The position numbers were made by a program, and so were the translations under genes. The notes beneath the pieces were generated by a model. The model was not told the DNA's origin. It ran no database searches and was given only the letters and a program-made list of their open reading frames with translations. DNA of 64,000 bases, taken from the NCBI GenBank assembly GCA_047150005.1, contig AP038806.1, forward strand, positions 992,001-1,056,000, in the 5' to 3' direction. Each line of letters begins with the position of its first letter. Position 1 is the first letter of the stretch. Shown piece by piece: positions 39,025 to 49,355 of the stretch. This stretch comes from Nitrospira sp. Lineage in GTDB: Bacteria > Nitrospirota > Nitrospiria > Nitrospirales > Nitrospiraceae.

Positions 39025-40208
39025 CGGGAAGCCGGAGAAGCGGTGTCTTCGACCGCAGTATCGTCGGCGAGAACGTTAAGGCTGCCGGACCGAGCGGCGA
39101 GGGTCCGAGCGTGATAGGCCGCGAGGGCAGCTTCGACATCGGCGACGGAAGAGACTTGGAACATGGCGGCCCTGAGGGCGGCTGCGCCGGGAAACCCTTT
39201 GCAATACCATCCCAGATGTTTGCGCATTCGTCGGAAACGATCGGCGCCCCACTGCCGTTCGAAGCATCTGGCATGCTCGAGCATGATGTCGAACCGCATG
39301 GGGAGAGCGGGAGCCCAGGACTGCGGCTCGGGCTGTGGATCGGCGTCGATCGCGCGGCTTGCGCGACGAGCCGCCTCCTTCTCGCAGAAGAACCACGGCG
39401 CTCCCAAGGCGGCCCGGCCGATCAGCACCCCGTCCACTCCCGTCTCCCGAATCCGGCGCACCGCCTCCGCGAGACTGTGCACATCGCCGTTTCCGAACAG
39501 CAGCGTATCGCTGCCCCGCGCCACTTCGGCGGCGCGTGCAATGGCACGCCAGTCGGCCTCTCCCCGATACATCTGTTGCAGCGTCCGTCCATGCAGCGAG
39601 ATCACCGCTGGACGCTCGAGCAACAGATGCTCGATCCAACGGTCCACAATGACGGCGTCATAGCCGAGCCGTGTCTTGACGGACAAGGGAATGGGACGGC
39701 GTTCAATCGTGGAAGCGATCCGACGTCGGTCGTTCAGTCGGCGAATGGCCTCGGCCCGCGCCGGCTTGATTCCGGCAGATTCCAGGGACTGGCCGGCCGC
39801 CCAATCCTCGATGCCTCGGCGGGCCGCATGCATCACGCTGTGGGCCAGATCAGGAGTCTTGATCAGCCCGGCTCCGGAACCGGACGAGGCGACATTGCGC
39901 GACGGGCACCCCATGTTGATGTCCAATCCGTCGAACCCCAGTTCGCAGACGGCATGGGCCGCCTGATAGAACAGTTCCGGATCTTTGCCGTAGAGTTGCG
40001 CCACAATCGGCCGTTCCAGCTCGCTGTACATCAATGAATCGAGCAGGAATTCCGGTCCCCGGCACACGTCATGGACGTGAGTAAATTCGGTATAGAAGAC
40101 ATCCGGCTTCCCATGTGACGCGACCATATGACGAAAACCCGCATCGGTCACGCCGTCCATCGGAGAAAGCCCCAGGATCGGGCGCGGCAGGGTCCGCCAA
40201 AAACTCAT
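39015..40208 (-). CDS. tRNA-dihydrouridine synthase (Dus family)
   Basis: SPMDGVTD, QLYG, DINMGCP, SVKTRLG, HGRT, GNGD, GVLIGR; insertion of about 40 aa before VKTR. Confidence 0.92.
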   Translation of the reverse strand: MSFWRTLPRPILGLSPMDGVTDAGFRHMVASHGKPDVFYTEFTHVHDVCRGPEFLLDSLMYSELERPIVAQLYGKDPELFYQAAHAVCELGFDGLDINMGCPSRNVASSGSGAGLIKTPDLAHSVMHAARRGIEDWAAGQSLESAGIKPARAEAIRRLNDRRRIASTIERRPIPLSVKTRLGYDAVIVDRWIEHLLLERPAVISLHGRTLQQMYRGEADWRAIARAAEVARGSDTLLFGNGDVHSLAEAVRRIRETGVDGVLIGRAALGAPWFFCEKEAARRASRAIDADPQPEPQSWAPALPMRFDIMLEHARCFERQWGADRFRRMRKHLGWYCKGFPGAAALRAAMFQVSSVADVEAALAAYHARTLAARSGSLNVLADDTAVEDTASPASRCG

Positions 40209-41701
40209 CGGATCAACTCCCCGTTCGTCTCGCCGGACGGCGACCGATGTTCATTTGCATCTGCATAGGCCGACCGCAGCCCCTCGGCTTCGCGATCGGC
40301 AAGCGGACACAGTTGCGGGGCGCGCTCACGCACGAATTCGAGAAACCGCGCGATCTTGAGGAGAAAGAAATCATACGGCCCGGTGGCGACCCGGACGTCG
40401 CGGAACCACCAGGGCACGAATTCGTCGAGAAGGGTGCCGTCCTGCGCAAGCCTCCGGCACGTGTCCGGAAACATAGCCGTGAGTTCACCGCCCCATCGAA
40501 GAATTTCATTCGGCAGATAGCCGGTTACGTATCGCGCCAATCCGGTACCGTCCTCCTGCACCGCCTGCCACTCCGCCCCGGACGGGCTCACCCGGCCCGA
40601 AGCGATTTTCGCGTAACGCACATATTGCGCCTGCAACCCATCCCGTTCCCGTTGCGTCACGGCCGGCGGAGAAACGGCATGATCCGCCGGTCTGCCGACC
40701 TGCCCCGCCGGGCATGGACTCTGAGCCGTCTTTCGCACGATCTCATCATGGAATCGACGATCGGCTCGGCGAAATTCATCCGCAATCAGGGCTACGGCCT
40801 TGTTGTCCACTTCCAAAGCGACGGCTCGAAGGTGGCGGAGCTTGGGATGGGCCAGTGTTTGTTCGAGCAGCCCCCACAGCACCGACGGGATCGGAGCGTC
40901 ATGGGCATCGATCCACGCAGGCTGCGCCACGACCGCGTCGCCGAGGGAATCGGCATCCTGTTCCGCCAATCCAGCCACATGGATTTCCACCACTCGCTCG
41001 AGTGGAAACTCGTCGAGAAAACGCTCGACGAATTGTTCCAGCGGCATATGCCGCCCGTCTCTTCCATAGCGATACACCGTCCAGAGATGTCCGATGTCGA
41101 GCACGAGACCGCATGCGACACGGTCCGTCACCCTCCGAAAGAATTGCGGGACTCCCAGGTCGCCGGCACAAAAGTAGGTCAGCGGAGCCATCTCCAGCAG
41201 AAACAAAGGAGGATCTTGCGCAGCCGTCCGCCAATTCCGATCCAGCTCGCGCTGTACCAGTGTGATGTTGTCCGCCACTACATCGGCGCTCGTTGCCGTA
41301 TATAAAGGTGGGAGATAGGTCCCGAAGGCGAACCCGCCCATCTCCTTGGAAGCACACTCGTGGTTCAGCCAGTGACTGCGAATGCTTCGGAGTTGCCTGA
41401 CGGTCTCGTCCAGTCTTGCCCCGAGATGCGGAGATCCGGGAAAATCCGGTTGCGTGACCCAGAGCCCTTCCCCGTGATAGGTCAACGGCATGGCCGGCAA
41501 CCGGTGTCGAACCGATTCGAGCATGCCAGTCGCGGCCTGGAACAGTTCGAGGTAGGCCGGCCGGAGATCACAAAAGGTCAGGTCATCGAGAAGCGCGAAG
41601 AGATCGGGGCTGTAGCAATCCACCGACAAACCGAGACCCAGACCCGGAATCCGGTCGACGCGGCGTTCGAATTCTCTCTGTGGGGAGTGCGTAGAAACCA
41701 T
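40205..41701 (-). CDS. DUF692-family multinuclear non-heme iron enzyme (MNIO) with a C-terminal extension
   Basis: GLGL start, HGEGL, LPP.YT, LLE, LVLDIGH, LERVVEIHVAG, IDAHD.PIP..W.L, LEVD. Confidence 0.8.
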   Translation of the reverse strand: MVSTHSPQREFERRVDRIPGLGLGLSVDCYSPDLFALLDDLTFCDLRPAYLELFQAATGMLESVRHRLPAMPLTYHGEGLWVTQPDFPGSPHLGARLDETVRQLRSIRSHWLNHECASKEMGGFAFGTYLPPLYTATSADVVADNITLVQRELDRNWRTAAQDPPLFLLEMAPLTYFCAGDLGVPQFFRRVTDRVACGLVLDIGHLWTVYRYGRDGRHMPLEQFVERFLDEFPLERVVEIHVAGLAEQDADSLGDAVVAQPAWIDAHDAPIPSVLWGLLEQTLAHPKLRHLRAVALEVDNKAVALIADEFRRADRRFHDEIVRKTAQSPCPAGQVGRPADHAVSPPAVTQRERDGLQAQYVRYAKIASGRVSPSGAEWQAVQEDGTGLARYVTGYLPNEILRWGGELTAMFPDTCRRLAQDGTLLDEFVPWWFRDVRVATGPYDFFLLKIARFLEFVRERAPQLCPLADREAEGLRSAYADANEHRSPSGETNGELIR

Positions 41702-41877
41702 CAAAACTGGTCTTGCCAGTGGGACAAATTATGTCCTAGTCTAGTCTCAGAAGCGATTGTTTGACAAGGCAAGTCCATCGGTCCGATGGGGAGTCTCTGT
41801 CTGCTATACTTGGCCTACGCTGACGGGTAGACGCCCTCACGAATCGCGCAGGACTGCTCAAGAGAGGGTGGTGGGCG

Positions 41878-42651
41878 ATGCCCGGCCCCGAAGAACGACC
41901 TCCGAAGAAACCATCAACCCAACGAACTGTGGTCGCGCATATGATGACACCAGGCGTCGTGCAAGTTCCGGGCGATGTGTCCGTGAGCGAGGCCGCATTG
42001 ATGCTGGAGCGCGAGCAGGCTCCCTGCCTGCTCGTCAAGGATTCGGATGCCAGATTCGGCGTCATGACGCCGCACGACATCGTCAAAAAAGTCGTGGCCC
42101 AAGGGCTCGAGCCGCATGAGATCGAAGTGCGGACCATCATGACCCGTCCGGTTCAGTTCATTGAATATGACGAGGCGCTTGAGGAGGCCGCAACCATCAT
42201 GGTCGCAACCGGAGCGTCGGTGCTGATCGTGACGAAGCAGAACCAGCCGGTGGGAGTGCTGACCGCACACAACTTGATGCTCACGCCCCCCCGTCGAGCG
42301 ACGCAGATCCCGACGGTCATCACCGTGATGGGAGACGATCCCACCGTCCAGCATGCGCACAATGCCGTCATTTCGCAATTGAGCCATCTCGGCTCGTTGG
42401 TGCACTCGAAGACGCACATCACGGCGAAGAGCCGCGTCGTGCTCGCGTTCTCCTTGCCGGGTCAGAATACGCCGCTGACCATTCACGGAAAAGTACTGAG
42501 CAGCGGCACGGCTCCCGTCGGGTCGACTCAACCTTCAGAGGGAGGTATGAATGCATCCGAGATCCAGTTCGTCGATCCTTCAGACGCCAACCTGGCTCGC
42601 CTCAAGGCGTGGGCGCTCCAAGCATTGCCCGCCTCCTCCGAATCCGAGTAA
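41878..42651 (+). CDS. CBS-pair protein with a C-terminal PilZ-like domain
   Basis: Two CBS repeats, then ISQLSHLG...L.F.LPG....I.G.V...I.F pattern. Confidence 0.75.
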   Translation: MPGPEERPPKKPSTQRTVVAHMMTPGVVQVPGDVSVSEAALMLEREQAPCLLVKDSDARFGVMTPHDIVKKVVAQGLEPHEIEVRTIMTRPVQFIEYDEALEEAATIMVATGASVLIVTKQNQPVGVLTAHNLMLTPPRRATQIPTVITVMGDDPTVQHAHNAVISQLSHLGSLVHSKTHITAKSRVVLAFSLPGQNTPLTIHGKVLSSGTAPVGSTQPSEGGMNASEIQFVDPSDANLARLKAWALQALPASSESE

Positions 42652-42673
42652 CGTCGCAAAAAGCCTCTCCGCT

Positions 42674-42702
42674 TTGACCAATCGCCGATCAGTTGATAGA
42701 AT
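42674..42702 (+). promoter_or_regulatory. Sigma70-type promoter of the LOG gene
   Basis: TTGACC-17 nt-TAGAAT with an extended TG. Confidence 0.6.
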
Positions 42703-42734
42703 TTTGCACTGAACCACGCATCGCACTCCAAGAA

Positions 42735-43790
42735 ATGGAGAAGCCTGTGAAAGCCACGACCAGCCGTCCCCGCACGATTCTCTCGAACGATGAGATGCTG
42801 CGTCAGGTTCGGACCATCCTGGAGAGCCCGGAGGACGATCTCCAGGCCGGCCTCGTCAAGGAATTGCTGAGCGGCGTGCTTCGGTTGCACGATTCCCATC
42901 TGGAAGCCCTGGACCTCAAGATCGTCAACCGTACCATCAAGGAACTGCGTCACGCATTCCGGGTGTTCCACGACTATCGCGACCGACGAAAAGTCAGCGT
43001 CTTCGGATCGGCTCGTACCCTTCCGGACGATCCGAACTACGGCCTTGCGGCCGAATTCGCCGCGCGAATCGTCCGGGAAGGATTCATGGTCATCACCGGC
43101 GGTGCGGACGGCATCATGCGTGCGGCCCAGGAGGGAGCCGGCCGGGAAAACAGTTTCGGTGTCAACATCATGCTGCCGTTCGAGCAAGGCCCGAACGCCA
43201 CCATCGCCGACGATCCCAAACTGGTCACCTTCAAGTATTTCTTCACCCGGAAGCTGATCTTTCAAAAAGAAGCCAACGCGATCGCTCTGTTCCCCGGTGG
43301 ATTCGGCACGCACGACGAAGGATTTGAAATCCTGACGCTCGCGCAAACCGGCAAGAGCGACCCGCAACCGATCGTCTGCCTTCAGGCTCCCGGATGCGAC
43401 TACTGGGACGAATGGCACGGGTTCATCACCAGACAGTTGTTATCCCGCCAGCTCATCAGCCCGGAGGATCTGTGCCTCTATAAGATCGTCACGTCGGCCG
43501 ACGCAGCGGTCGAAGAGATCAGGACTTTTTATCGGCGATTCCATTCCATTCGCTACGTCGGCCGGCAATTGGTGATCCGAATGACCAGCCCGCTCTCTCA
43601 GGAGCAGGTTGACGCGTTGCACGACCGGTTCAGCGATCTGTTGTCGGAAGGCACATTCGAGCTGCACGGGCACCTTCCAGAGGAGCTCGATGAGCCCGAA
43701 TTGACCGGCCTCCCTCGCCTGATGTTCATCTCGAACCGCAAGAGCGCAAGCAGGCTGCGCCAGCTGATCGACCATCTGAACCGCCTGTAG
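42735..43790 (+). CDS. LOG-family nucleotide phosphoribohydrolase (TIGR00730)
   Basis: VFGSAR, ITGGADGIM, FKYFFTRK, FPGGFGT.DE. Confidence 0.9.
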   Translation: MEKPVKATTSRPRTILSNDEMLRQVRTILESPEDDLQAGLVKELLSGVLRLHDSHLEALDLKIVNRTIKELRHAFRVFHDYRDRRKVSVFGSARTLPDDPNYGLAAEFAARIVREGFMVITGGADGIMRAAQEGAGRENSFGVNIMLPFEQGPNATIADDPKLVTFKYFFTRKLIFQKEANAIALFPGGFGTHDEGFEILTLAQTGKSDPQPIVCLQAPGCDYWDEWHGFITRQLLSRQLISPEDLCLYKIVTSADAAVEEIRTFYRRFHSIRYVGRQLVIRMTSPLSQEQVDALHDRFSDLLSEGTFELHGHLPEELDEPELTGLPRLMFISNRKSASRLRQLIDHLNRL

Positions 43791-43848
43791 TCCCACGTGC
43801 GAATTGCGCTTTAGTCCCGCGGAGCGCCATGGTATGCTCCGCCTCGCC

Positions 43849-44724
43849 ATGGCCGGACCGCTCTCGACACCTCGCGCCTCCTTCGTCCCCACCATCGTCC
43901 TCTATCACGCCGAATGCGCCGACGGGTTCGGCGCCGCGTGGGCGTTATGGCGCGAGTTTCCGTCCGCCCGCTATCTTCCGGTCAAGCATGGCAATCCGCC
44001 TCCCGACGGCTTGACCGGCCAACGAGTGATCATCGTCGATTTCAGCTACAGCCGCCACCAGCTTGAGGCCATGGCCAGCACGACCGAATCCCTTCTCGTC
44101 CTGGACCATCATGTGACGGCGGAGAAAGCCCTGGAAGGCTTGCCGTACGCGTATTTCGATCTCAAGAAGTCCGGAGCGGTACTGGCCTGGGAATGGGCCA
44201 GCCCTAAGCCGGTTCCCTGGCTCTTGGAATACATCCAGGACAAGGACCTCTGGACCTGGGCTCTACCCAGCAGCCGTGAAATCAACGCCGCGGTCGCCTC
44301 CTACCCGTTCGACTTCGAGACCTGGAATCATTTCTCCCGCAAGGATTTAGAACACGAGGGCCGCGCCATCCTCCGATACGAGGGCGAAATCGTGAGCAAA
44401 CTCTCGGCTCAAGCCGTGATGGTCGAGTTTCGCGGAGAGACGGTCCCGTCCGTCCACAGCGCCGTGCTGACGAGCCAAATCGGGGAACGATTGTCGGCGG
44501 ATCATGCGTTCTGCCTGATCTGGCACGATCGGGACGGCCGCCGCTATTACAGCATGCGGTCGAGAGAAGAAGGAACGGACGTCGGATCGATCGCCGCCTC
44601 GTTCGGTGGCGGAGGGCATACGCATGCCGCAGGATTTTCCATCCCTCTGGGTCCCGACGGATCTCTGCCCGACAACCCTGCTCTGCCTCGGCCGGTCTTG
44701 AATCGCCGGCGCGGGGCGCCGTGA
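43849..44724 (+). CDS. DHH/DHHA1-family phosphoesterase
   Basis: YHAECADG, IVDFS, LDHH, S.RS, GGGGHTHAAGF. Start uncertain. Confidence 0.88.
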   Translation: MAGPLSTPRASFVPTIVLYHAECADGFGAAWALWREFPSARYLPVKHGNPPPDGLTGQRVIIVDFSYSRHQLEAMASTTESLLVLDHHVTAEKALEGLPYAYFDLKKSGAVLAWEWASPKPVPWLLEYIQDKDLWTWALPSSREINAAVASYPFDFETWNHFSRKDLEHEGRAILRYEGEIVSKLSAQAVMVEFRGETVPSVHSAVLTSQIGERLSADHAFCLIWHDRDGRRYYSMRSREEGTDVGSIAASFGGGGHTHAAGFSIPLGPDGSLPDNPALPRPVLNRRRGAP

Positions 44725-44736
44725 TGCTCTCTCGCG

Positions 44737-45426
44737 ATGATTCCTCTGCATGACGATAATCCGACCGACAGCACACCGGTCATCACCGTCGCCCTGATCG
44801 TTTCCTGCATACTCGTCTTTCTCTATCAGGCCAGCCTCCCGGGCGAACCGGGGGCACGACTCGTCTTTGAGTTCGGCGCCATTCCGGCGGTAGTCTTTGG
44901 AACGGCCCAGATCCCCGATGTCGTCATTCCACCGTACGCCACCCTCGTGACCAGCATGTTTCTGCACGGTGGATGGATGCACCTCATCGGAAACATGCTC
45001 TATCTCTGGATCTTCGGCAACAATATCGAAGATGTCATGGGACACGGCCGGTTCATCGTATTCTATGTGGCCTGCGGCATCCTGGCGGCCCTCAGCCACG
45101 CGCTGACCGATCCGTCCTCCACGGTCCCGATGGTCGGAGCGAGCGGCGCCATCTCGGGGGTACTGGGGGCGTATGTGCTACTCTTTCCCCGCGCCCATGT
45201 GCTGGTGTTCATTCCCGGCATCGGAACAGCGCGGGTAGCGGCCGGAGTCGTTCTGGGCATGTGGTTTGCCACACAGCTGTTGAGCGGAGGAATGAGCGCC
45301 GGTTCACCGGGTGGGGGCGTCGCGTTCTTCGCTCACATTGGGGGCTTCGTCGCGGGCATGATACTGATCGGGCTGTTCAAGCGCTCTGACGTCCCGTTTT
45401 TTGCGCCGGCACGGCTTCATCGTTGA
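44737..45426 (+). CDS. Rhomboid intramembrane serine protease
   Basis: FLHGGWMHLIGNM, GASGAISG, AHIGGF. Confidence 0.94.
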   Translation: MIPLHDDNPTDSTPVITVALIVSCILVFLYQASLPGEPGARLVFEFGAIPAVVFGTAQIPDVVIPPYATLVTSMFLHGGWMHLIGNMLYLWIFGNNIEDVMGHGRFIVFYVACGILAALSHALTDPSSTVPMVGASGAISGVLGAYVLLFPRAHVLVFIPGIGTARVAAGVVLGMWFATQLLSGGMSAGSPGGGVAFFAHIGGFVAGMILIGLFKRSDVPFFAPARLHR

Positions 45427-45465
45427 GACATCTACCGAAACACCGTTTGCCGCCTCTGCGATCGG

Positions 45466-47304
45466 CTACGCGTCGATCAGTTCTCGAACCTTTTCGACCA
45501 GACCGGCCTGCCGATACGGTCTCCGCAACAGAAACCGTCTGTTGATCCGGTGGGAGAGAATCGCGTCGTCGTCGTAACCGGACACGAAGAGCGCTTTCAT
45601 CATCGGAAACTGTCTCAGCAACCGTCTGGCCAGCTCTCTGCCGGTGATCTCCGGCATGATAAGGCTGCTCACGGCGACCTGTAACCCGCCCTGGTGCTGA
45701 TGCGCCAGCATCAACGCTTCCACCGGCGAACTGGCTTCCAGCACCCGGTATCGGTGACGGCGCAAGGTCGATAGGGCGAGCTTCCGCTCGATTTCGTAGG
45801 GTTCGACCAAAAGAATCGTCTCTTCCCCTCGGGCTGATAGCGCCGTCGCCGGGGTCTCGACGCGGGATCCAGTATCCTCGACCACAGGCATCGAGATGCA
45901 CACCGTAGTCCCGTGACCCGGCTGGCTCATGACTTCGACGTGACCACCGTGCTGTTTGATGATCCCGTATACCGCGGTCAGTCCCAATCCCACATTCGTC
46001 TCTTTCGTCGAAAAGAACGGCTCGAACATCCGGGATTGCGTGTCGCGCGTCATGCCGCTCCCGCTGTCGCTGATCTGAATCACGGCGACGCCGGCTCCCC
46101 GTTTCGTCTCGCGGCCGCTCCGTTCTTTTGCAACCGGTCCCCGCGTCACGTCGATCTTCAGACGACCGACGCCCGGTATGGCGTCCCGGGCGTTGACAAC
46201 CACGTTGAGCAACGCCTGCTCGAAGCCCTCCCGATCGATCTCCACATACGGAACTGCGGCGGCGATCGAAATGTGGCACTCGATTCGAGTCGGCAACAGA
46301 TCGCGGATTACGCCGGAAAGCTCCTCAACCACGGTCCTGATCGACAAGACCTGACGGAAATGCCGGTTTTCGATGTCGAGGGACGCCAATTGTGAAGTCA
46401 GAGCTGCAGCCTGCTCTCCGCGTCGAAAGATTTCGTCGACGGGTGCATACAGCGAGTCATCCGGCCGAAGACGCGACAGCACGATTCCGGTCTGCGTTCC
46501 GATCACTGAAAAGAGATGGCTGAATTCATTGGCAATTCCCCTGGTCAGCCGTCCGACCGCTTCCATTTTCTGCGCGTCGGTCAGTTGCCGTTCGAGTTCC
46601 TGTCGCTCGACGTGCCCCTGCCGGACGTGGTCATTGGCTTTGGACAAGTCCTCTTTCAGCCCCGCGATTCTCGCCTCCAGCTGCACAAGCGAAGCCTGCA
46701 GCGTGCTTTCCGTCCGCTGCAGCTGTTCGATGTTCTCCAGCAAGTGCGCCTTCTGCTGCTGCTCCTTGCCGATCGTCTCCATCGCCATGCCGTAGAACGT
46801 GGCCATCACCAATAGCACCGGCATCCCAAGCAGCTGTCCGACGGATATGGTCCCGGTTTGTGCGATTCCCTGGTAGAGCAGGAAACCGTAGCCGGCGCAG
46901 AGCAGCGATGAGAAGGCCATAACGAGTGAGAACTTCCTGACCGACGCCGCGATCAGCATCAACACAAAATAGGACAGATACAAGTCCGATCTGGCGTTTC
47001 CGGAGAGATAGATCGTGGCCGTGACCAGGGCCGTGTCGATTCCGACCAGAAGACCGCTGAACCATGCGACATGCAGCACAGACCGTGGGACAATGAACAG
47101 CCCTGCGAGCAGACCGGCCAAGCCGGCCATGACGACCATACTGGCCGCCGGTGTGGCGGCTTGTTCAGGGCCGAACAGCAGCTCATAGGTCAACATGACT
47201 GCGACGAGGGTTTGGAGAACGAGGTACCTGTTTCGAGAGATATGGGGATGGTCAGCCGTCTTGGGAGGGGTTTCGTCGACACCGTCCGATGGATCACTTG
47301 CCAT
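45466..47304 (-). CDS. Membrane hybrid histidine kinase-receiver protein with degenerate phospho-sites
   Basis: Multi-TM N-terminus, coiled coil, QKMEAVGRL, N-box NARDA, DSGSGM, FFSTK, GLGL, C-terminal REC-like domain. Confidence 0.88.
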   Translation of the reverse strand: MASDPSDGVDETPPKTADHPHISRNRYLVLQTLVAVMLTYELLFGPEQAATPAASMVVMAGLAGLLAGLFIVPRSVLHVAWFSGLLVGIDTALVTATIYLSGNARSDLYLSYFVLMLIAASVRKFSLVMAFSSLLCAGYGFLLYQGIAQTGTISVGQLLGMPVLLVMATFYGMAMETIGKEQQQKAHLLENIEQLQRTESTLQASLVQLEARIAGLKEDLSKANDHVRQGHVERQELERQLTDAQKMEAVGRLTRGIANEFSHLFSVIGTQTGIVLSRLRPDDSLYAPVDEIFRRGEQAAALTSQLASLDIENRHFRQVLSIRTVVEELSGVIRDLLPTRIECHISIAAAVPYVEIDREGFEQALLNVVVNARDAIPGVGRLKIDVTRGPVAKERSGRETKRGAGVAVIQISDSGSGMTRDTQSRMFEPFFSTKETNVGLGLTAVYGIIKQHGGHVEVMSQPGHGTTVCISMPVVEDTGSRVETPATALSARGEETILLVEPYEIERKLALSTLRRHRYRVLEASSPVEALMLAHQHQGGLQVAVSSLIMPEITGRELARRLLRQFPMMKALFVSGYDDDAILSHRINRRFLLRRPYRQAGLVEKVRELIDA

Positions 47305-47500
47305 GAGAAATGCCTCCGGACCGCCAAAGGCATGACACTCCAGCAAGTCCCGTACCGACGGACCCGTTCGGTAGATCGCTGTTTTTTCTGAATCGCCGAG
47401 AGGTGCAGCCGTCCTCGATGAGGGAAATCCCCTAAGTTAGGTCACAAAAACGAACGACGGAAGGACGGCCGCAAAATGTCTCTGGATGCGGAGAGACCCG

Positions 47501-48658
47501 CTAGGTGATCGCGGCTTTGGCCAGACAGTCCCGTAGGTGGCGAGCGCGCTCCATAGCGGCTTCTTGCCGGGATGCCAGAAACGTCACGTGCCCCATCTTG
47601 CGGTGTGGACGCACGTTTCGCTTACCGTACAGGTGGAGCACGGATCCCGGCACCGCCAACAGCGCGGGACAGTCCCCCTGCGTGACACGATTCACCTCGT
47701 CTCCGATGAGATTGACCATGACGCCGGGGCCGGTGAGGCGAACCTCGCCTAAGGGGAGGCCGCAGATCGAACGGACCTGTTGCTCGAATTGCGACACGCT
47801 GCAGGCATCCAGCGTGTAATGGCCCGAGTTGTGCGGTCGAGGAGCGATTTCGTTGATGAGAATCTGCTCGCCTGGCAATTCAAACAACTCCAGACAGAAG
47901 ACCCCGATTCCATCCAGTTGTTCGACAGTCCGTCTGGCCAATTCCTCGATGCGCATTGCAAGCGACGATGAAATCCGGGCCGGGACGACGGTCGTTCTGA
48001 GAATACCGTCATCATGCTCGTTCTCCGCAATCGGATACACCACGGTCGTGCCGTCCATCCCTCGGACCGCCAACACGGACAATTCGCGTTCGAACGGAAC
48101 AAAGGATTCGACGATCCACCGTGTGCCCTGCTGACAGGCGGTTCGGACGGCCTCCCGAACTTCCGGCAGGTCGGATTGGCTCCGGATTCTCCATTGTCCT
48201 TTGCCGTCATAGCCGGCCGTCGCCGTCTTGCAGACCGCCGGGAAACCGATCGTTGCGACGGCCTCGGACAAGTGCTCCGGCGACGACACCGCCGCATAGC
48301 GGGGGACAGGAAAATCGCGCGCGCGCAGGTAGTCTTTTTGAACGACGCGATCCTGAATGATCTTCAGGACGGCACTCGATGGACGAAGCGGCTTCCGCTG
48401 CTCAAGGTCGCGACAGAGCGTCCAAGGGACGTTTTCCCATTCGTAGGTGACGACACTGACGAGATCGGTGAAGGCTTCAAACGTGCGGCGGTCGGCGAAC
48501 GATTGTGCGAAGGAATGTCGGACGATGCGGTGCGCTGGCGCGTCAGGATCCGGGTCCCACACGGCCACCTCGTACCCAAGCCGCTGAGCCGCCTCGGCAA
48601 ACATGGAACCCAGCTGTCCGCCGCCCAACACTCCAAGGACTGCCCCCGTCGCGATCAC
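47501..48658 (-). CDS. purK: N5-carboxyaminoimidazole ribonucleotide synthase
   Basis: [30 protein letters not shown]. Confidence 0.96.
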   Translation of the reverse strand: MIATGAVLGVLGGGQLGSMFAEAAQRLGYEVAVWDPDPDAPAHRIVRHSFAQSFADRRTFEAFTDLVSVVTYEWENVPWTLCRDLEQRKPLRPSSAVLKIIQDRVVQKDYLRARDFPVPRYAAVSSPEHLSEAVATIGFPAVCKTATAGYDGKGQWRIRSQSDLPEVREAVRTACQQGTRWIVESFVPFERELSVLAVRGMDGTTVVYPIAENEHDDGILRTTVVPARISSSLAMRIEELARRTVEQLDGIGVFCLELFELPGEQILINEIAPRPHNSGHYTLDACSVSQFEQQVRSICGLPLGEVRLTGPGVMVNLIGDEVNRVTQGDCPALLAVPGSVLHLYGKRNVRPHRKMGHVTFLASRQEAAMERARHLRDCLAKAAIT

Positions 48659-49260
48659 CGCCCGTTTCTCGGTCGTCGACGGGGGCGGCTGCCCCAGGAG
48701 ACGCCGTCCAGCAGGCCCTGTGCTTCCGGACTATTGAGCACACTCTCCGTCTGGGTTCTGCGGAAATCCTTGACCCGGGCGGCAACGTCCGGATAGCGGC
48801 CGGCAAGAATCTGCGCCGCCAGCAAGCCGGCGTTTTCGGCTCCTCCGATGGCCACCGTGGCCACTGGAATGCCGCGAGGCATTTGGACGATCGACAGGAG
48901 GGAATCAAGCCCCCGAAGATGTTCGGTGGGAATGGGAACCCCGATGACCGGCAGATGGGTCTTGGCGGCGAGCATCCCGGGTAAATGCGCGGCTCCGCCG
49001 GCCCCGGCGACGATCACTTCAATGCCCCGGGCTGCAGCCTGCTCGGCGTACGCAAATAAGCGATCAGGGGTACGGTGAGCGGATACGACCAGCAGCTCAT
49101 GGGGCACACCAAGTTCGCCGAGGAGGGCCGTCGTCTTCTCCAAGATCGGAAAATCGGACTTGCTGCCCCCCAGCACCCCTACAAGCGGTGGCGCGGTGCG
49201 CGGATCGTCGCGGCGCCGGCCGTGTGCTCTTCTGGACCGTAACGAGGTCTTGGGCTTCAC
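48655..49260 (-). CDS. purE: N5-CAIR mutase
   Basis: [37 protein letters not shown]. Confidence 0.96.
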   Translation of the reverse strand: MKPKTSLRSRRAHGRRRDDPRTAPPLVGVLGGSKSDFPILEKTTALLGELGVPHELLVVSAHRTPDRLFAYAEQAAARGIEVIVAGAGGAAHLPGMLAAKTHLPVIGVPIPTEHLRGLDSLLSIVQMPRGIPVATVAIGGAENAGLLAAQILAGRYPDVAARVKDFRRTQTESVLNSPEAQGLLDGVSWGSRPRRRPRNGR

Positions 49261-49355
49261 GCCTCACCTTAGCGATTCTCCCCCGGGCGGTCAAGGACGT
49301 CCGCCGCGCAAGCGCGTCTTCGTCGAGAAATTGACCACTTGAGCCGGTTTCCTCT

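Noticed and set aside
41702..41877. Possible RiPP precursor peptide upstream of the MNIO gene
   Set aside because: No small ORF with an RBS and a Cys-rich or repetitive core on the appropriate strand.
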